DNA from: an uncultured delta proteobacterium
GTDB lineage: Bacteria > Desulfobacterota > WTBG01 > CAIYCZ01 > CAIRTM01
Direction: 5' to 3'
Length of the DNA: 64,000 nt
NCBI GenBank assembly: GCA_963804955.1
Contig: CAWDSQ010000025.1
Location: forward strand, 20,497 to 84,496
Below the pieces are notes generated by a model that did not search any database, was not told the origin of the DNA, and worked only from the letters and a program-made list of their open reading frames with translations. Of this stretch, positions 40,955 through 52,377 are shown piece after piece (within the stretch, counting starts at the first letter, position 1; each line of letters begins with the position of its first letter). The position numbers and the translations under genes were made by a program.

Positions 40955-41935
40955 ATGTTCAAAGACTTCAAAATCGCCTACATTGAAAAAAACGTCAATA
41001 TAATCGAAAAAAGGCCGCTGAGCTTTCTGCGGCAAAGCGTGGCATATATGCTGACGCAGTCGGCCAACACCATTCCGCATGCCGCCATGATTGTGCATCA
41101 TGACGTGACGCCGCTGATTGAATATGCAAAAAGAACCGAGAAAACCATCACGCCCTTTGAGGGCGAAACACCCGAGCAGTTCCGCCTGCGGCGCGCCGTG
41201 CGAAAAAACTATTCGGCCTTCTTCATAAAAGCGCTTGCCCATGCATTCCATGATCTTCCGGGCCTGCCCATGTTTATGGACTATCGCATCTGGCGCGGCC
41301 CGGGTACGCTCTACTATACCGATGATGTCAATATCAGCTATACGGCCAACACCAAATTCGGCGTCATCAAGCCGATCGTGCGCAATGCCCACCAGAAAAC
41401 AATCGTGCAGGTGGCGGAAGAAATGCGGGAGCTTACGCGCAAAGCCCGCCGCACCGATGCCAATGAGCTCTATCGCCGCGTCGCTGTAGAATATGTAAAA
41501 TACGCGTTCCGGGAGCTGAATTTTAAGGAAATAAAAGGCATGTGGATGCTGCTGCGGGCGCTTCTGTGGAAGCGCGATCCCATAGACCCCGAGTTTGCCG
41601 ATGTGCCTGAGGATCAGAAGCTGAAGCCCTCAGATATACTGGGGGCCACCTGCACGCTGGCCAATAACGGCATGATGGTCTCAGGCAATCAGACCCAGAC
41701 CATCATAACTCCGCCGGAGCTCTACATGTTCGGCCTCAGCGATCTGCACCAGGCGCCATGGGTGGTCGACGGGCAGGTAGTGCCCCGCTACGTCATAACA
41801 TTCTTTGCCACCATGGATCACCGGGCCCTTGATGCAGGCGAGTCATTCCCCTACTTTGCCAAGCTGGGAGAATATTTTCAGAATCCCGAAAGAATTTACG
41901 AGTGGAAGCCCGAAAAGCCTGCAGCCGCCTCATAG
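40955..41935 (+). CDS. Stand-alone 2-oxoacid dehydrogenase E2-type acyltransferase (catalytic domain only)
   Basis: IPHA, P.VRNA..K.I, T.TL.N.G, DHRALDA catalytic motif; no lipoyl domain. Confidence 0.82.
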   Translation: MFKDFKIAYIEKNVNIIEKRPLSFLRQSVAYMLTQSANTIPHAAMIVHHDVTPLIEYAKRTEKTITPFEGETPEQFRLRRAVRKNYSAFFIKALAHAFHDLPGLPMFMDYRIWRGPGTLYYTDDVNISYTANTKFGVIKPIVRNAHQKTIVQVAEEMRELTRKARRTDANELYRRVAVEYVKYAFRELNFKEIKGMWMLLRALLWKRDPIDPEFADVPEDQKLKPSDILGATCTLANNGMMVSGNQTQTIITPPELYMFGLSDLHQAPWVVDGQVVPRYVITFFATMDHRALDAGESFPYFAKLGEYFQNPERIYEWKPEKPAAAS

Positions 41936-42094
41936 CGGGTTCGCAAGGCACAGAACCGAGAAGTGCGGAGGCGTTTTTTTGAAAGTATAAAAAGGTGTTC
42001 ATTTTATCCCCCTTTGAAAGAGGGGGATTCTTTCTGCTACCTCTTGTACGGGGTGCTATACTAACGAAGACTGCTGTATTCAAAAAACGGCCGC

Positions 42095-42133
42095 AAAAAA
42101 GCCATCACCCAATGACGGGTGATGGCTTTTTTT
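42095..42133. terminator. Bidirectional terminator between convergent genes
   Basis: AAAAAAGCCATCACCC-AATGAC-GGGTGATGGCTTTTTT. Confidence 0.8.
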
Positions 42134-42171
42134 ATCAGCTGGGAATTGCCGGCCTGTCTGGCCGCGACGGC

Positions 42172-43314
42172 TTACGCCACTTTGCGCCTGCCCCATTTTG
42201 ATTCAAGGGCATAGGAAAACAGCTGCAACAGGGCCTCCTTGTCCATAGGCGGACAGACCGGTATCTTTTCCGGCGGCAGTATTTTTTTGATCGCGCTGCG
42301 GTCAAACAGGGGTTCGCTGGTCAGATAGGGCGCATAAAAAGCGCCCTGATCGAGCAAAAAACCCTCCAATTCCGTCGGCGGCACTTTTTCGAAATCGCTT
42401 TTATCTACAAGACGCGTTCCGGTGACGCCGAGCACCTCTTCGATCGCATCCTGCATCAGGCCGAGCGTGGGCGGCTGCTCATGCGTTATGTGATAGGTGC
42501 CCCCATGGGTTGCGGGGTTGTTGAAAATAGCCATGGTCGTATCGACAACATAATCGATATGAACGAAATTCTTGGTCACCGCAGGGTTGCCCAGGCAGCG
42601 CGCAGGGATGATAACCCGGCCCCTGCTGTCTTTTTCCTCAAACGCGCGCCTGGCTGAATCAAAAAAGCGCACAAACATATACATTCCGTTGAAAAGAACA
42701 GTATGCCCCGATGATGAGTCCCCAACAATGATGCTTGGCCGGTACACGGTTGTGGCAAGCCCCTGCTCGCGGTAGCGGCCTATTATTTTCTCGGCTTCAA
42801 ATTTGCTGGATTCATAGCCGTTAAAAAACCCCTGCCCGCGGTCAAGCTCGTTCTCATAGGCCATGTCTTTGCGGTCTCCGGCGACATAGGCCGTGCTGAT
42901 ATAATGATAGCCGTAGGATGGCTTGCAGTCGAAAGCAAGGCGGGTTACCTGCTCGGTGCCTTCGACATTTACCTTCCACTGCCGCGGGGCATGTGCCGGA
43001 TCAAACGTCGTCATGGCGGCGCAGTGCAGCACGCAGTCAAGCTCCCCGGCGAGGCGGTCATAAGCGGCCGGGCTCATGCCGAAATGCGGCTTATCGAGCT
43101 CACCCTCCACCACGCTGCACCGCGCAAGCGCCTCATCGGCCTGGGCGGCATCAGCACCGATGCCGTGCAGCGCTTTATGCAGCCGTTCATGGGCCAGTTC
43201 GCCTTTTTGCGAGCGCAGCAGGCAGGCTACATTCCAGCCCTCCAGGGCAAGGGCCCGCGCAAGATAGCTTCCCAGAAATCCGTTTGCACCGGTTAAAAAT
43301 ATACGTTTGCTCAT
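42172..43314 (-). CDS. Extended SDR, fatty-acyl/thioester reductase (male-sterility, NAD_binding_4-like)
   Basis: LTGANGFLG, HCAA, NVEGT, ISTAYVAG, YESSK, RPSIIVG. Confidence 0.85.
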   Translation of the reverse strand: MSKRIFLTGANGFLGSYLARALALEGWNVACLLRSQKGELAHERLHKALHGIGADAAQADEALARCSVVEGELDKPHFGMSPAAYDRLAGELDCVLHCAAMTTFDPAHAPRQWKVNVEGTEQVTRLAFDCKPSYGYHYISTAYVAGDRKDMAYENELDRGQGFFNGYESSKFEAEKIIGRYREQGLATTVYRPSIIVGDSSSGHTVLFNGMYMFVRFFDSARRAFEEKDSRGRVIIPARCLGNPAVTKNFVHIDYVVDTTMAIFNNPATHGGTYHITHEQPPTLGLMQDAIEEVLGVTGTRLVDKSDFEKVPPTELEGFLLDQGAFYAPYLTSEPLFDRSAIKKILPPEKIPVCPPMDKEALLQLFSYALESKWGRRKVA

Positions 43315-43464
43315 AGCGACGTGTTCTCTATTATATGAAAGGTTAGAACGATTGTTTACCTATTACAACAAATCCGCCTGTCATGTGTTTCATTTTTTTT
43401 GCTCTTCAACGCTCTATCTGCGGGCATTTAAAGAGCTTGCATGCATGTTTCAGGTCCGTGAAAA

Positions 43465-43780
43465 CAGAAGTCGGAATTCAGCAGTCAGAATTCAGAATAG
43501 AAGACACAGAGGCTGCAAGGCGCTTACTTGTTTCTTCCATGCAATAATAATCTGTAACGTTTAGTTTAGTGTTTGAACGAAAACTCTTTTTTTACGTCCG
43601 TGTCATCTCGACCGAAGGGAGAGATCTTTTTTTTGCAGTAGATTTCTCAGTCGCTCCGCTCCTTCGAAATGACAATCATTGCGAACAAGGGGGTTTTCGT
43701 TCAACCACTATTTAGTTTTTATACTGGATTCTGACTCCTGAATTTCAAGTCCTTAATTCTGGCTACTGAATTCTGAATTC
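43465..43780. mobile_element. Nested element: heptamer inverted arrays around a TA-flanked TIR element (43567-43710) carrying a GTC-type REP doublet
   Basis: TAGTGTTTGAACGAAAAC...GTTTTCGTTCAACCACTA; internal GTCATCTCGA...TCGAAATGAC. Confidence 0.65.
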
Positions 43781-44921
43781 TATTTTGTGCGCCCCGCAGA
43801 TTTTACCGGGGGGGCTTTTTTCTCAACATATCCCTCAATCAGGATATCATTCTTGATGCGGCGAAGCCGCATATCGACGATAGCTACGGCCTCTGCTATG
43901 CAGGAGGGGCCTTTTCCGCCGATCATACCCACAGCCTGCCTGCCGCCGATTATTTTCGGAGCATAAAATATATATACTTTATCAACGACACCGTCTGCAA
44001 GTGCTGAAGCGGCAAGCTCAGCGCCGCCCTCAATAAGCACGCTTGCGATGCCGCCTGCGGCAAGCTTTTTGAAGCAGCCTGCGCATATCGATGCGGCCGC
44101 TTTTCTGCGGGCAGGACAGCACCCGCACACCTGCCGCTCGCAGTTTATTCGCCTTGGGTGTTGCGGCCTTGTCGGGACGCGTCACGATCATGGTGCCCGC
44201 TGCATACTCCGGCTGAACCACATGGCTGGAAAGGGGCGTGCGCAGCCTGCCGTCGACAATCACCCGGAGAGGCTGCCTGGCCGGCTTTTCCCCCGAGACG
44301 GGCTGTCAGCTGCGGGTCATCGGCAAGAACCGTACCGCTGCCCACCATGACCGCATCTGCTTCAGAGCGCAACAGGTGGGCAACCCGGCGGGATTCCGGG
44401 CAGGTGATCCACTTTGAATCGCCGGTGCGTGTCGCGATCCTGCCGTCGAGCGTGACGGCGGATTTCAGCGCGACAAAGGGCATGCCGGTTGTGATGTATT
44501 TCAGAAAGGACTCGTTGAGCCTGCGGCACTCTTTTTCAAGAATGCCCGAAACGACTGCAATGCCCGCAGCCCTGAGCTTTTTCATGCCGCGGCCGCTTAC
44601 CAGCGGGTTGGGGTCTGCCATGCCGACAAAGACGCGGCCGACACCGGCTTGTATAAGCGCGTCGGCGCAGGGTGGTGTTTTTCCGGTATGGGAGCAGGGT
44701 TCAAGCGTCACATAGATATCGGCGCCGCGCGCCAGCTCTCCTGCCTGCTGCAGGGCATGCACCTCTGCATGGGGCCCGCCGAAACACCGGTGATAACCGG
44801 CGCCCACAACGGCGCCCTCACGAACGACAAGCGCCCCCACCATGGGATTGGGGCTCACGCGGCCCGCGCCTTTTCGCGCAAGCCCGAGGGCCTGTTTCAT
44901 AAAACGCTCATGGAGCGTCAT
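43780..44921 (-). CDS. ribD: Bifunctional riboflavin deaminase/reductase (frameshifted)
   Basis: PNPMVGA, PHAE, TLEPC.H.GKTPPC, LDGRIAT, IEGG. Confidence 0.93.
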
Positions 44922-44938
44922 GCCGCCACCTGCCCGCA

Positions 44939-45397
44939 TCAGCCTTTTTTGTTCAAAACCGATTTCACCTCTTCCATAAAATCGGTAATATCCTTGAATG
45001 ATCTGTAGACGGAGGCAAAACGCACATAGGCAACAGCATCAAGCTCGTGGAGCTCTATCATCACGCGCTCGCCGATTTCGGTGCTGGGTATCTCTTTAGC
45101 CCCTTTTTCAAGCAGCGACCGCTCGATGCGATCGGTTATCTCCTCAAGCTTGTCAATGCTGATGTCTCGCTTCTGACAGGCCTTGCGCAGCCCGTCGAGA
45201 ATCTTTCTGCGATCATAGATTTCACGCCGGCTGTCTTTCTTTATGATGGCCGGCAGCGTCTCCTCAATGGTTTCATGCGTCGTAAACCGCTTCAGGCAGG
45301 ACAGGCACTCGCGGCGCCTGCGAATCGTTTCGCCGTCGCGGCTGATACGGGAATCAATAACCTTGTCTTCGAGATTGGTGCAGTACGGGCACTTCAT
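44939..45397 (-). CDS. nrdR: Transcriptional repressor NrdR
   Basis: [36 protein letters not shown]. Confidence 0.97.
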   Translation of the reverse strand: MKCPYCTNLEDKVIDSRISRDGETIRRRRECLSCLKRFTTHETIEETLPAIIKKDSRREIYDRRKILDGLRKACQKRDISIDKLEEITDRIERSLLEKGAKEIPSTEIGERVMIELHELDAVAYVRFASVYRSFKDITDFMEEVKSVLNKKG

Positions 45398-45867
45398 AAC
45401 CCTTCTCCCTGTGGTTGAAATCTGGTTATGGTAATAGCGGCCTCCTGAAGAAGCTCCTGCGTCAGATCATCAGCATAACCTTCTTCATAGACAATGTCGG
45501 TGATGCCGGCATTGATAAGCATTTTCAGGCAGATGCTGCAGGGCAGCGTGGTGCAGACCAGCAAGGCGCCCTGAATGCTGATGCCGTGGGCGGCAGCCTG
45601 GATGATGGCATTCTGCTCGGCATGAAGCCCCCGGCACAGCTCATGGCGCTGGCCGGAAGGCACATTATTCTTTTCCCGCAGGCAACCGATCACGGCACAG
45701 TGCTCAAGGCCTGTCGGAGCACCGTTATAGCCGGTGGCAAGAATCCGTTTATCCTTCACCAGCACCGCACCAACGCGGCGGCGCGTGCAGGTCGAGCGTT
45801 TGGAAACCAGATGGGCGATTTCCATAAAATATTCCTGCCAGTCAGGACGTCGTGAGCATGTTGTCAT
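45394..45867 (-). CDS. dCMP deaminase (ComEB-like)
   Basis: RSTC.RR.VGA, TGYNG.P, HAEQNA, PC..C. Confidence 0.92.
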   Translation of the reverse strand: MTTCSRRPDWQEYFMEIAHLVSKRSTCTRRRVGAVLVKDKRILATGYNGAPTGLEHCAVIGCLREKNNVPSGQRHELCRGLHAEQNAIIQAAAHGISIQGALLVCTTLPCSICLKMLINAGITDIVYEEGYADDLTQELLQEAAITITRFQPQGEGL

Positions 45868-46019
45868 AGCGCGTGGACTCCTGCATACAAGTATCCGGGC
45901 AGGCAGCCCGGCTTTCGGGGTGGATCCGGCTTCAGGCAGTCCGCCTGTTTCTTAAGAGCGTATTTTAAAAGCCCCTGACCTCACCCTGAGTGCAAATCCC
46001 CCCCCAAAGTGGGGGCGAA

Positions 46020-46117
46020 AAAATTCCCCCTTTAGCAAAGGGGGTTAGGGGGATTTGTCAGGCTGCAAAAAATCCCCCTGTATCCCCCTTTTTCAAAGAA
46101 GGGGGATAAAAAGGCAG
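46020..46117. repeat. CCCCCTTT..AAAGGGGG repeat, homologous to 10565-10657
   Basis: Shared ATTTGTCAGGCTGCAAAAA..C.CCTGTATCCCC.TTTTCAAAG. Confidence 0.75.
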
Positions 46118-46286
46118 GTGCACATTAAACCAATTTAAGCAACAGAAAGCCCCGCCTTGTATGCCGGAAGCATCATTATTAAATCATCCTCTCAAGCCTG
46201 CGTGCACCCGTCAGCATTAAAAAAATTCCTTCAAGGGACTATCAGCGCCGGGACATGCGGCGGGTAAAAATGTCGGAAGGAAAACG

Positions 46287-46739
46287 CTATTTGAAATTTT
46301 CTTTTTCAATCTCGGCTATCATATCAAGACGACCCTGATGCCGGCCCCCTTCAAATGGTGTCTCCAGCCAGATGCGGGCCATCTGGCAGGCCTGCTCTAT
46401 GCCGACCGACTCACCCATCACCAGCACATTGGCATCATTGTGCAGGCGGCACATTTTTGCCGTTTGCCCGTTATGGCACAGCGCTGCCCTGATGCCCCGA
46501 AACTTGTTGGCCGCCATCGACATGCCGATGCCGGAGCCGCAGATAAGCATGCCGCGGTCGCAGGCGCCGCTTGCCACGGCGCGTGCAACCTTTGCGGCAA
46601 ATTCCGGATAATCGGCTGGCGCGTCCGTAAAAGGGCCTGCGTCCTCAACGGTCATGCCAAGGCCCTGCATAAATTCTTTAAGCGCCGCCTTCATCGCGCA
46701 GCCGCGATGATCAGAGCCGATGATAATTTTGCCGGTCAT
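46287..46739 (-). CDS. rpiB: Ribose-5-phosphate isomerase B
   Basis: GSDH.G, DYP, CGSGIGMS..ANK..GIRAA, HNDANVL, FEGGRH. Confidence 0.95.
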   Translation of the reverse strand: MTGKIIIGSDHRGCAMKAALKEFMQGLGMTVEDAGPFTDAPADYPEFAAKVARAVASGACDRGMLICGSGIGMSMAANKFRGIRAALCHNGQTAKMCRLHNDANVLVMGESVGIEQACQMARIWLETPFEGGRHQGRLDMIAEIEKENFK

Positions 46740-46743
46740 AGCC

Positions 46744-47994
46744 TTATCCTTCAAACTTCTTGAAAACAAGAGTTGCATTGGTGCCGCCGAAGCCGAAGGA
46801 ATTGCTCATGGCAACCTTGATGGCCTTTTCACGGGCCACATTGGGAACATAGTCAAGGGTGCACTCGGGATCAGGATTTTCATAGTTGATGGTCGGCGGC
46901 AGCACGCCGTTTTGCAGGGCAAGCACGCTGAAAATCGCCTCAACGCCGCCTGCCGCACCCAGCATATGCCCGGTCATGGATTTGGTGGAGCTGACGGCAA
47001 CCTTCATTGCACAGTCCTTCAGAACCGTCTTCATGGCCTGTGTCTCGGCCAGATCATTGGCGGGAGTTGAGGTGCCGTGAGCATTAATGTAATCGAGCTG
47101 ATCATAGTTGAGGCCGGCATCCTTGAGCGCAAGATTCATGCAGCGGGCAGCCCCCTCGCCGCCCGGAGACGGTGCGGTGATATGGTAGGCGTCTGCATTG
47201 CAGCCGAAGCCGACGATCTCGGCGCGTATCGGAGCGCCGCGTTTCTTTGCATGCTCGAGCTCCTCGATCAAAAGAATGCCCGCGCCCTCTGCGATGACAA
47301 AGCCGTCGCGATCGCGTTCAAAGGGGCGGCTTGCCTTCGTGGGCTCATCATTGTGTGTGGCGGACAGGGCTTTCATGGCGCTGAAACCGCCCACGGCAAG
47401 AGGCGTAATGGTCGATTCAACGCCGCCTGCTATCATGGCATCGGCATCGCCGCGCTGAATGATCTTGAAGGCCTCGCCGATTGAGTGATTGCCGGTTGCG
47501 CAGGCCGTCACCATGGAGCTGTTGGGCCCCTTGCACCCGAAATACATGGAAATCTGGCCCGGCGCGAGATTGATGATCAGCATGGGCACAAAAAACGGTG
47601 AAATCTTTTTAGGCCCGCCCTTAAGATATATCTCGTGATATCTTTCGATCGTTGCAAGGCCGCCAAGCCCCGAACCGACGAGAACGCCCACGCGCTCGGC
47701 GTTGTCATCAGTAATTTCAAGCCCCGAGCTCTTCACCGCCATCTTGCCTGCGGCAAGGGCATAGTGAAGAAAGGTGTCCATCTTTTTTATTTCTTTCTTG
47801 TCCTCGATATAGTCCTCGGGATTGAAGTTCTTCACCTCGCCGGCGATCTTTGCCGGGAAGTCCGTCGCATCAAAACGGGTAATAAGGCCGATGCCGGAGC
47901 GGCCGTTTTTGACTGCGTCCCAGTTCTCTTCAACGCCGATCCCCAGCGGCGTGACAATGCCAAGACCGGTTACAACTACTCTTTTATTTTCCAA
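46744..47994 (-). CDS. fabF: Beta-ketoacyl-ACP synthase II
   Basis: [40 protein letters not shown]. Confidence 0.96.
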   Translation of the reverse strand: MENKRVVVTGLGIVTPLGIGVEENWDAVKNGRSGIGLITRFDATDFPAKIAGEVKNFNPEDYIEDKKEIKKMDTFLHYALAAGKMAVKSSGLEITDDNAERVGVLVGSGLGGLATIERYHEIYLKGGPKKISPFFVPMLIINLAPGQISMYFGCKGPNSSMVTACATGNHSIGEAFKIIQRGDADAMIAGGVESTITPLAVGGFSAMKALSATHNDEPTKASRPFERDRDGFVIAEGAGILLIEELEHAKKRGAPIRAEIVGFGCNADAYHITAPSPGGEGAARCMNLALKDAGLNYDQLDYINAHGTSTPANDLAETQAMKTVLKDCAMKVAVSSTKSMTGHMLGAAGGVEAIFSVLALQNGVLPPTINYENPDPECTLDYVPNVAREKAIKVAMSNSFGFGGTNATLVFKKFEG

Positions 47995-48106
47995 CGCTTG
48001 TAACCCCCTATAAGTGTTAAGTTGCGAAAGCCTTCCAGGCACAGCCGGGAAGGCTTTCATTTATAGAAGCATGCGCCTGTTGCCAGCTGCTGATGTCAAG
48101 CCACGA

Positions 48107-48349
48107 TTAGTTCTTGTGAGCCTTGATATAGTCGATAGCGTCCTTCACGGTCTGAATCTTTTCAGCCGCCTCATCAGGAATCTCCTGACCGAACTTCTCT
48201 TCAAACACCATGATGAGCTCAACCAGATCAAGCGAATCAGCACCCAGATCATCAACAAATGAAGCCTCGGGAACAACTTCCTCTGCGCTTACTGAAAGCT
48301 GCTCGACGATGATTTCTTTGACCAGTTCTTCTACGGATTTATCTGCCAT
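48107..48349 (-). CDS. acpP: Acyl carrier protein
   Basis: [12 protein letters not shown] motif. Confidence 0.97.
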   Translation of the reverse strand: MADKSVEELVKEIIVEQLSVSAEEVVPEASFVDDLGADSLDLVELIMVFEEKFGQEIPDEAAEKIQTVKDAIDYIKAHKN

Positions 48350-48407
48350 GTTACTAACCTCCTTATGTTCCTGTTTACTGTTATTGTTTGCCTCTGTTTT
48401 TTTTCAA

Positions 48408-49148
48408 TTACATGTAAAGCCCGCCGTTAATATGCACAACCTGACCCGTGATGTACCCCGCCTGATCGCTCGCCAGAAAGCAGACCAGCTCGGCCACGTC
48501 CTCGGGAAGCCCGAGTTTTCTGACCGGAATCTGGCTGATCATGGCCTCGCGCTCCTTGTCGGGGATCGCATCGGTCATGGCTGTCTTGATAAAACCCGGC
48601 GCCACGGCATTGACCGTGATGCCGCAATGGCCGTATTCGCGGGCTATGGCCTTGGTAAATCCCATGACCGCCGCCTTGGATGCCGAATAGTTGGCCTGCC
48701 CGGCATTGCCCATGGCGCCTGTTACCGACGATATATTCACAATGCGTCCGTACTTGGCCTTAAACATGGGCCGTATGGCCGCCTTGGTACAATTAAACGT
48801 ACCCTTGAGGTTCACGGCTATCACCTGGTCCCACTGTTCCTCCTTCATGCGAAGAAGCACTGTGTCGCGGGTGATGCCTGCATTGTTGACCAGAATGTCG
48901 ATTTTACCGTATGCATCAATACAGGCCTTGATCATTGCTTCGCAATCGGCGGCTTCAACCACATTTACCTTCACCGCCACAGCCCTGCGCCCCAGCTGCG
49001 CAATCTCTGCTACAACTTCCTGCAGGCTCTGCTCATTGACATCAGCCACCACCATGTCCGCTCCGCGCTGCGCAAGCGTAAGGGCTATGGTTCGTCCGAT
49101 GCCCTGAGCAGCTCCGGTCACTATTGCCGCTTTACCTGTTAGATTCAT
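48408..49148 (-). CDS. fabG: 3-oxoacyl-ACP reductase
   Basis: TGAAQGIG, NNAGITRD, GNAGQANYSASK, APGFI.T.MT. Confidence 0.95.
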   Translation of the reverse strand: MNLTGKAAIVTGAAQGIGRTIALTLAQRGADMVVADVNEQSLQEVVAEIAQLGRRAVAVKVNVVEAADCEAMIKACIDAYGKIDILVNNAGITRDTVLLRMKEEQWDQVIAVNLKGTFNCTKAAIRPMFKAKYGRIVNISSVTGAMGNAGQANYSASKAAVMGFTKAIAREYGHCGITVNAVAPGFIKTAMTDAIPDKEREAMISQIPVRKLGLPEDVAELVCFLASDQAGYITGQVVHINGGLYM

Positions 49149-49195
49149 CCGGTTTCCCTTTTTATACCAAATATTGCGATAGTGCAAACACTTTA

Positions 49196-50363
49196 TCAGT
49201 CTATCCTGTGTCCGGCCGCTTCCTTGACCAGGTACTGGCCGATGACGGTGCGCTGAATCTGATTGGTGCCCTCATATATCTGCAGAATCTTGGCATCGCG
49301 CATCATCTTCTCAACCGGATACTCGCGCATGTAGCCGTAGCCGCCGAATATCTGCACGGCATCGGTGGTGACGCGCATGCACACATCAGAGGCATACAGC
49401 TTTGCCATGGAGGAGTACTTCGACATGTCCTTGGCGCCGGCATCGCAGTAGCGCGAGGCCTGATAGGTAAGCGCCCGGGCGGCTTCAATCTCGGTTGCCA
49501 TATTGGCCAGCATATGCTGCACGGCCTGATGGGAGATGATGGACTTGCCGAAGGTGACGCGCTCATAGGCGTACTTGATCGACTCATTGAGCGCGCCGGT
49601 TGCAAGGCCGACGGCCTGTGCTGCAATGCCGGTGCGGGTCTGGTCAAAAGTCTTCATGGCGACCATGAAGCCCATGCCCTCCTTGCCGAGCATCATGTCT
49701 TTTGAAACCTTGCAGTCTTCAAACACAAGCTCGCGGGTTGCCGATGCCCGGATGCCGAGCTTCTTTTCCTTCTTGCCGAAGGTAAATCCCGGGCTGGCCC
49801 TTTTCAAGAATAAAGGCGCTTGCGCCGCGGGGGCCCTTTGAGGGATCGGTCTTGGCGACAACCGAATAGGTCTCGGCCTCGCCGCCATTGGTGATCCACT
49901 GCTTCACGCCGTTCATAATAAAATAATCGCCGTCCTTCTTTGCCGTCGTGCGGATGCTGGCGGCATCGCTGCCGGCGGCCGACTCGGTAAGGCCGAAGGC
50001 GGCAATTTTCTTGCCCGCTGCGATATCGGGCAGGTATTTCAGCTTCTGCTCATGGCTGCCGAACAGCAGGATCGGATAGGCGCCAAGGCCGCTTGCGGCA
50101 AAACTCACGGAAATGCCGATACAATATTTGCTGAGCTCTTCAACAACAAGGTTATTGTCAAAATTGCCGAGGCCCATGCCGCCGTACTCTTCGGGGATAT
50201 AGATGCCGAACAGGCCGGCATCGGCCAGCACCTTCAGAACGTCCCAGGGAAACTCTTCCTTCTCATCAAGTTCGGCCCGCACGGGGATGATCTTTTCCCG
50301 GGCTATCTTGCGCGCCAGGTCAACCATCTGAACCTGCATTTCATTCAAACCATAATCCAGCAT
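49196..50363 (-). CDS. Acyl-CoA dehydrogenase, butyryl-CoA dehydrogenase-like (frameshift near 49815)
   Basis: FGLTE..AGSD, NGVKQWITNG, KLGIRAS.T, QIFGGYGY, IYEGTNQIQ. Confidence 0.92.
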
Positions 50364-50386
50364 AATGTCTTACCTTTCTCTGATTA

Positions 50387-51368
50387 TTACCAACGAATTA
50401 GAGCTGCGCCCCAGGTCAATCCGGCCCCGAATGCATCAAGAAGAATAATGTCATTTTTCTTCATGCGATGCTGCCGGTTTGCTTCGTCAAGGGCTATCGG
50501 AATCGATGCCGATGAGGTATTGCCGTAGCGTTCGATATTTAAAAAAACTTTTTCCGGATGCAGATTCAGCCTTTTTGCTATGGCATCGATGATGCGGAAG
50601 TTTGCCTGATGCGAAATAAGAAGGTCGATATCATCGCCGGTGAGATTGTTTTTTTCAAGGGCGGTGAGCGCTGCCTCTTCAAGAGACTTGACCGCTACTT
50701 TGAAAACCTTGTTGCCGTCCATCTTAATATAATGCTGGCGCGCCTCTATCGAATCATGCGAAGCAGGATTCAGTGATCCGCCGCCGGGTATCAGCAGATA
50801 GTCTGTATAGGCGCCGTCGGCATACAGGTGCGTTGATAAAATGCCGCGCTCCCCCTGCTCGGCCGCAAGCACGACGGCGCCTGCGCCGTCACCGAAACAG
50901 CACGCAGGTCGTGCGGTCCTGATAATCGGTGAATTTTGAAAGCGTTTCAGCGCCGATGACCAGAATTTTTTTATGCGTGCCCGACCGGATAAACGCATCG
51001 GCGACGGTCAGCGCATAAAGAAAGCCCGTACAGCCTGCCGACACGTCGAAAGCCGCAGCCCGCGAAGCCTTGAGCCGGTGCTGAACAAAGCAGGCAACCG
51101 AGGGCATAGGCATATCCGGGGAAATGGTCCCGACAATTATCAGATCAAGCTCTTCGGCAGCAGTGCCCGCCATTTCAAGGGCACTCAGCGCAGCCCGGTA
51201 GCCAAACGTGGAACTGCATTCGCCGTCTGCGGCGATGTGCCGCTCCCTGATGCCCGTGCGGGTCATGATCCACTCATTGCTGGTGTCAACAAGCGTTTCA
51301 AGATCCTTGTTGGAGAGAACCTTGGCCGGTACGCTCGAACCAGTGCCGATAATTCGTGATCTAAACAT
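50387..51368 (-). CDS. fabH: Beta-ketoacyl-ACP synthase III (frameshift near 50900)
   Basis: WI..RTGIRER, AGCTGF, FGDGAGA, HQAN.RI, GNTSSASIP. Confidence 0.94.
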
Positions 51369-51404
51369 TGTGACGGCTGTCAAGTTGAATGAATGTTTGA
51401 GTCG

Positions 51405-51587
51405 TTATTCAGCGGCTACAGAGATGACTTCTTTGCCGTTGTAATAACCGCACTTGGCGCAGGCATAATGAGGCCTCTTGGGCTCCTTGCACTGCGGGCA
51501 AGCCGCAACATTAACCGGGGTGAGGGCATGATGCGACCGGCGGGTATCACGCCGTGCCTTGGATGTCTTTTTTTTCGGTTGTGCCAT
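51405..51587 (-). CDS. rpmF: 50S ribosomal protein L32
   Basis: MAQPKKKTSKARRD.RR.H, C..C...PH..C..CGYY. Confidence 0.96.
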   Translation of the reverse strand: MAQPKKKTSKARRDTRRSHHALTPVNVAACPQCKEPKRPHYACAKCGYYNGKEVISVAAE

Positions 51588-51669
51588 GGGTCACTGTCCC
51601 TTTTATAATAATTAAAAAACAAGCGCTCACTTCTTGAGCTTTTTTAACACGCTGAATGGCGATAAGGTT

Positions 51670-52179
51670 TCACGTCTTTAAGCTCTCCGCGCAGGAGCAT
51701 GCCTCCTCGTTGAGATTTATGCCGCATTGCCCGCAGAGCCCTTTGCAGGCTTCCTGACAACGGGGATACTGCGGCACATGCAGATACATCTGCTCGGCTA
51801 TGAACGGGCGCAGATCAACCGGTTCACCCTCTTTATAATAGACAACCTCAAGATCTTCTGCGCTCAGTTCCTTCTCTTCCACATGTGATTCTTTGGATTT
51901 GGGCCAGAAGATATAGCGAAACCGGGCTTCCAGTGGCCAGACAAACTCCTTCAGACACCGAACACAGGCAAGTTCCAGGGTCGCTGCACATGAACCCTCC
52001 ATTATGACCTGTGGCCTCGGAAGATGAAACTGCACCTCAAGTTCAATCGGTGAAGCAATACGAAACAGGCCGTCGGTGTCTGCCAGGATTCCTTCAAGCG
52101 CTCCAGCATCCCACTGCGTAGACAACCGAAAGCCGTCATGAGGTATATCATCGATACGTACAGAATAAAAAGCACTCAT
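51670..52179 (-). CDS. DUF177 (YceD) family protein
   Basis: CVRCL and C...CKGLC..CG.NLN...C.C; upstream of rpmF. Confidence 0.9.
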   Translation of the reverse strand: MSAFYSVRIDDIPHDGFRLSTQWDAGALEGILADTDGLFRIASPIELEVQFHLPRPQVIMEGSCAATLELACVRCLKEFVWPLEARFRYIFWPKSKESHVEEKELSAEDLEVVYYKEGEPVDLRPFIAEQMYLHVPQYPRCQEACKGLCGQCGINLNEEACSCAESLKT

Positions 52180-52377
52180 TATAAAAAATTAGGAGTGTGT
52201 TTTTACTAATATTGTTCCTGTTTGTCAATGCAAATTTTCGCATTTTTGGAAATATTGAAAATAAAATAATAAAAAAAATTACACTTGCTTAAAAAAACAA
52301 CAAAAAGCTCTGCAAAAACTATCCCTCGCCCTTCATGCAGAGCGAGGGATTAGCTTGCATATAAATATTTATATTTG

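Noticed and set aside
39440..45000. FMN riboswitch upstream of rib genes
   Set aside because: No RFN consensus (AGGGCGGGGTGAAATTCCC...) was seen before ribD or ribE.
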